Positions 62,820-64,000 of a DNA stretch of 64,000 nt are shown here, one piece after another; positions within the stretch are counted from its first letter, which is position 1; each line of letters opens with the position of its first letter. Under the pieces are notes generated by a model. The model was not told where the DNA came from and did not search any database. It worked only from the letters and a program-made list of their open reading frames with translations. The stretch spans positions 1,302,001 to 1,366,000 of the forward strand of contig CM074813.1 in assembly GCA_037447605.1 (NCBI GenBank). The letters run 5' to 3'. This stretch comes from Zygnema circumcarinatum SAG 698-1b (taxonomy: Eukaryota > Plantae > Zygnematophyceae). The position numbers were made by a program, and so were the translations under genes.

Positions 62820-63874
62820 CTGCGCAGGGTGAGAAGGCTATGCGGATGAGGACAGGTGGAAGATGAAAACGTGCGGAGGATAAAAGATGCTCAGAACTTT
62901 CCATTTTTGGAGGGGAATGGGTGCTGGGAGGTGTTTGTTCGTGAGTTCCTTAACCTCACGATTGTACAGTTGGCTCAAGTTTTGGCACCTTTAAGACAGA
63001 GCAGACAGCCTTTTGAAAGGCGTGGAGACGGTGGCGTGATGTGCGATGCATGTGCTGGCTAAGGAGCGGAAAAAACAGAACAGCACTGACGAAGACTGTC
63101 GTGGCACGGAGCAATATTGTTGAAGAGAGGAAAATCAAACTTTTGGGCCGAGAGAGGAGTGTCCGTTTGTAGACAAGGGTTGGCGTCAACAAAAGAATGT
63201 GGCAGATGGAGTAAAGATGGCTTTACGCCTTTCTTTCGATGATAGTGGTTAGGACAAATAAGGAACGATTTATTAGTTACCGAATCTTTCCTTTCTTCGG
63301 ATTTTCTCATGTTCCATAGCCCCCTGTGGTAAGGCTGATTGTACCGCCTTTGTTTCCTTGTTAAACAATTGGAAATTTGGTTTTTTAGGATGAACATGAT
63401 GTTGAAGAGGTCGAATTATTTCTCTGCCTTCGCATGCTACTTTTAAGTTGAGTCCGTACAGCGGCAGAATACAAGGATCAGGAAGTTAGGTGAGATGATG
63501 ACCGCCAAATGCAGTTGTCCTCTTTTCGAATGTTATGTCATTGCTTCATTGAAGACTGGAGACTTTCCAAACATCGAGAATCTATTATATATTTTATGTT
63601 CCCTTTTTAGGTGAATTGGCATTCATCTTACGATAGATATGACCTTGCGATATTTTCTTTTCCCGTTTGTTACTTGAAGAGACTGCGAGAAGATTCATGC
63701 GTACTGTTTGCTGTTAGCATTACAATCACAATATTGCAGTTTTATCAAGTTCATCTAAAAATTGAAAATAGCAAATATGTAACATCATGACTTCAAAATG
63801 AAAATAGCAGCTTTTGCATATAAACAATTGAAGAAATAAATATTTCGCTTATACAGGTTTCGTTATTTTTCAAT

Positions 63875-64000
63875 TTAAAGCTCATCTTTGCCAATTTCCA
63901 ACATAATTCTTTCTCCTTCTTCCAAACTTTTCCTCCGCTTTGTTTCACCATCAGCGCCTTCGCTCGCTGAGGCGCTTAAAATTTCTGATTTGTGATCGTT
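63875..64000 (-). CDS. 3' end of an ER-luminal protein ending in KDEL; the rest lies outside the window
   Basis: Open frame from the window edge: NDHKSEILSASASEGADGETKRRKSLEEGERIMLEIGKDEL*, followed by AT-rich 3'UTR-like sequence. Confidence 0.7.
   Translation of the reverse strand, partial: NDHKSEILSASASEGADGETKRRKSLEEGERIMLEIGKDEL

Overview
Eukaryotic, intron-rich nuclear DNA from a green plant. The gene content (plant-type sulfite oxidase, IRX14-like GT43, ABC1/beta-lactamase fusion, GT78 mannosylglycerate synthase) fits a non-seed streptophyte, probably a charophyte alga; this is inferred, not proven. I assembled gene models by hand from splice signals and recalled homologue sequences, without a database search. 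Twelve protein genes, in order: ABC1-kinase/beta-lactamase 3' part (+), orphan EAR-motif protein (-), dUTPase (-), prolyl oligopeptidase (-), uroporphyrinogen-III synthase (+), mannosylglycerate synthase (+), IRX14-like GT43 (-), a plastid-targeted LysM protein (-), Rab7/RabG (-), DNA polymerase delta catalytic subunit (+), sulfite oxidase (+), and the 3' end of a KDEL-ending protein (-). Best candidate for an undescribed system: a 5-exon, ~625-aa predicted chloroplast protein. It joins a LysM (peptidoglycan-binding type) domain, a TM helix, a disordered linker with a conserved duplicated motif, and a CURT1/CAAD-like membrane hairpin encoded by three small exons the ORF track misses. Other highlights: mannosylglycerate synthase and the orphan repressor sit behind dense ABRE/G-box islands (with CCGTAC clusters at the MGS and IRX14 loci); a cox1 NUMT in a UROS intron; a U12-type intron and two GC-AG introns; G-rich 3' splice sites; and a degenerate 10-bp-period array. 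No CRISPR, rRNA, canonical tRNA or recognisable transposon was found.
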